A stretch of 64,000 nt of DNA from Mobula hypostoma (lineage: Eukaryota): assembly GCF_963921235.1 (NCBI RefSeq), contig NC_086108.1, positions 76,324,001 through 76,388,000 of the forward strand, written 5' to 3'. The notes under the pieces are model-generated. The model was not told where the DNA came from and made no database searches. It worked only from the letters and a program-made list of their open reading frames with translations. Both the position numbers and the translations under genes were made by a program. Positions 62,461 to 64,000 of the stretch are shown here, in pieces (the first letter of the stretch is position 1; each line of letters starts with the position of its first letter).

Positions 62461-63454
62461 ACTGTACTCTAGTTGTGTTTTCTCTTTTACGCTCGTATTT
62501 GAAGCAAAGCATCTACATTCTTATGCTCAAAACTTTGGAATTAAAACTATTAAATCATTTTCTGATTGTTTGTTCTCCCTTAATGTTAACGTTCCCTGTG
62601 TTGTGTAAAGACATAGAGATTTTGTTAATGCAAATGGTTATGGTTTTCAGAACTTTAAAAACATCCTTACTTCTTCTTGAATCTTACTAAAGAGCATAAT
62701 TTTATTAATTGCATATTGCATCTGCCACCTTCTGCCCAAACACTTAATTATTCTGCATCCTTATGCACCACCTTCCTTACACCTTGCTCTTATCCTGCTT
62801 TCCATCACCAGCATAGATATATAACATTCCATCACCACATCTATGTTATTAATATAAACTGTAAATACATTCCAAACTCCGATTTCATAGTAATCAGTTG
62901 CACCCCAATACGATGATTGTTTATTCTGTTTCGCTGTCCATTAAGCAATCCTTAATCCATGCTATTAAATTATCCCCAATCTCATGAGTTCTACTCTTTT
63001 TAAGAAACGTGTGATAGTAAATCCCATGAGTCCACATCTCTGAAAATAAAGTGGAGAAAACTGTAGATATTTGTTAAGAGGATTTATATTGCACAACGGA
63101 TGGCTTGGGAGGGTATTGAGTGGACTCAGAAACTCAAAGTGGAAAAGTCTGTGGTGATAGCAAATAAATCAACACTAAAAAGTGAAATTATGGGGTGCAG
63201 TAGAAAAAAAATGTAAGTAGTACATACATAATGTTTGCAATTTAATACAAACTAGTGCAAAATAGTGGATTCAAGTAAGGCAAGTAGAAAACATGGATAT
63301 TGCATGAATCATCATCAAATAAATATCATAAAAACTAAAAAAAACCAAAAGTCACTCAATATTAAATACTGTAATCAATGCAGGACAATAAATATAAAGC
63401 AAAAGGATGTGAAACCACACTGGAAGTGCAATTGAATAAAAGAATAATCTGTTC

Positions 63455-63545
63455 AAAGGTCACCAATCTGAAATATTAACTCTGTTTTTCTCTCTCCACA
63501 GAAGCTATCTGGTCTGCTGAGTATTTACAGCATTTTCTGTTTTAA
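63455..63545 (+). mobile_element. Old Penelope-like tail fragment
   Basis: aaaggtcaccaatctgaaatattaactctgtttttctctctccacagaagct...ctgctgagtatttacagcattttctgttttta; a similar relic lies at about 49970-50055. Confidence 0.55.
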
Positions 63546-64000
63546 TTCGAACATTATATGGTGCCTGGCCAGGCCATAGTTTTAATATGTCTGCAGTTCA
63601 ATTATCCAGATACAAAAGAACTACTGACATGCTAGATACAATGCAGAAAACAGCAATGAAGCTAATTTCAGGTGGCAGTTTGAGTGTTGAGAAACCCCAA
63701 GAAAAATGCAAAAAAAAAGAAATAGTTTTTAACATGGTCTTCTAAAGTCATAAAAGATCAGCAGCAGTATCAATAATAATTTAAAATGTATGAGTATAAC
63801 AACAGAAAGTAGGTTCAAATATTTGAAAAGCAATTTAAGAACTAATGTACAGAAATTATTCTTGATAAAACCTGTGAAGCAGGCTACAGAATAGAGCTAT
63901 ATGGTAATGTATATTATGTTACAGTAGTATAGATTATGTTATAAAACAAGTAATCCAGAATGATCAGGCAGCAATGCAAGCTTAAATTCCACCAGGGTTA

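Overview
AT-rich, repeat-dense eukaryotic DNA in which I can support no host protein-coding exon. The repeat repertoire suggests a cartilaginous fish, probably a ray (inference): CR1 LINEs with (TCTTATGG)n or (TTTCTATG)n tails, Rex1/Babar LINEs, Penelope-like elements, HE1/V-SINE-like and DeuSINE-like SINEs, and Tc1 and pogo relics. It is most likely a large intron or gene desert. Main elements: (1) a complete, decayed Mag-type Gypsy LTR element (44308-49926, minus) with LTRs, PBS, PPT and 5-bp TSD, containing a young CR1 fused in frame to its integrase tail; (2) a 5'-truncated Penelope-like element with an uninterrupted RT+GIY-YIG frame, an 11-bp TSD and a minimal type I hammerhead ribozyme motif in its tail (60587-62460); (3) a fold-back Penelope tail whose hammerhead core is split by a CR1 fragment (5208-5749); (4) three copies of a composite Tc1-like non-autonomous element whose ends are self-contained ~70-bp hairpins; (5) a Gypsy-RT/Rex1 chimera; (6) a solo LTR; (7) a Tigger4/MER46-like pogo relic. 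Several unique TAAT-rich blocks are weak candidates for conserved non-coding elements. The interesting items are transposon architectures, and I found no convincing new host system. Family names come from motif recognition, not database searches.
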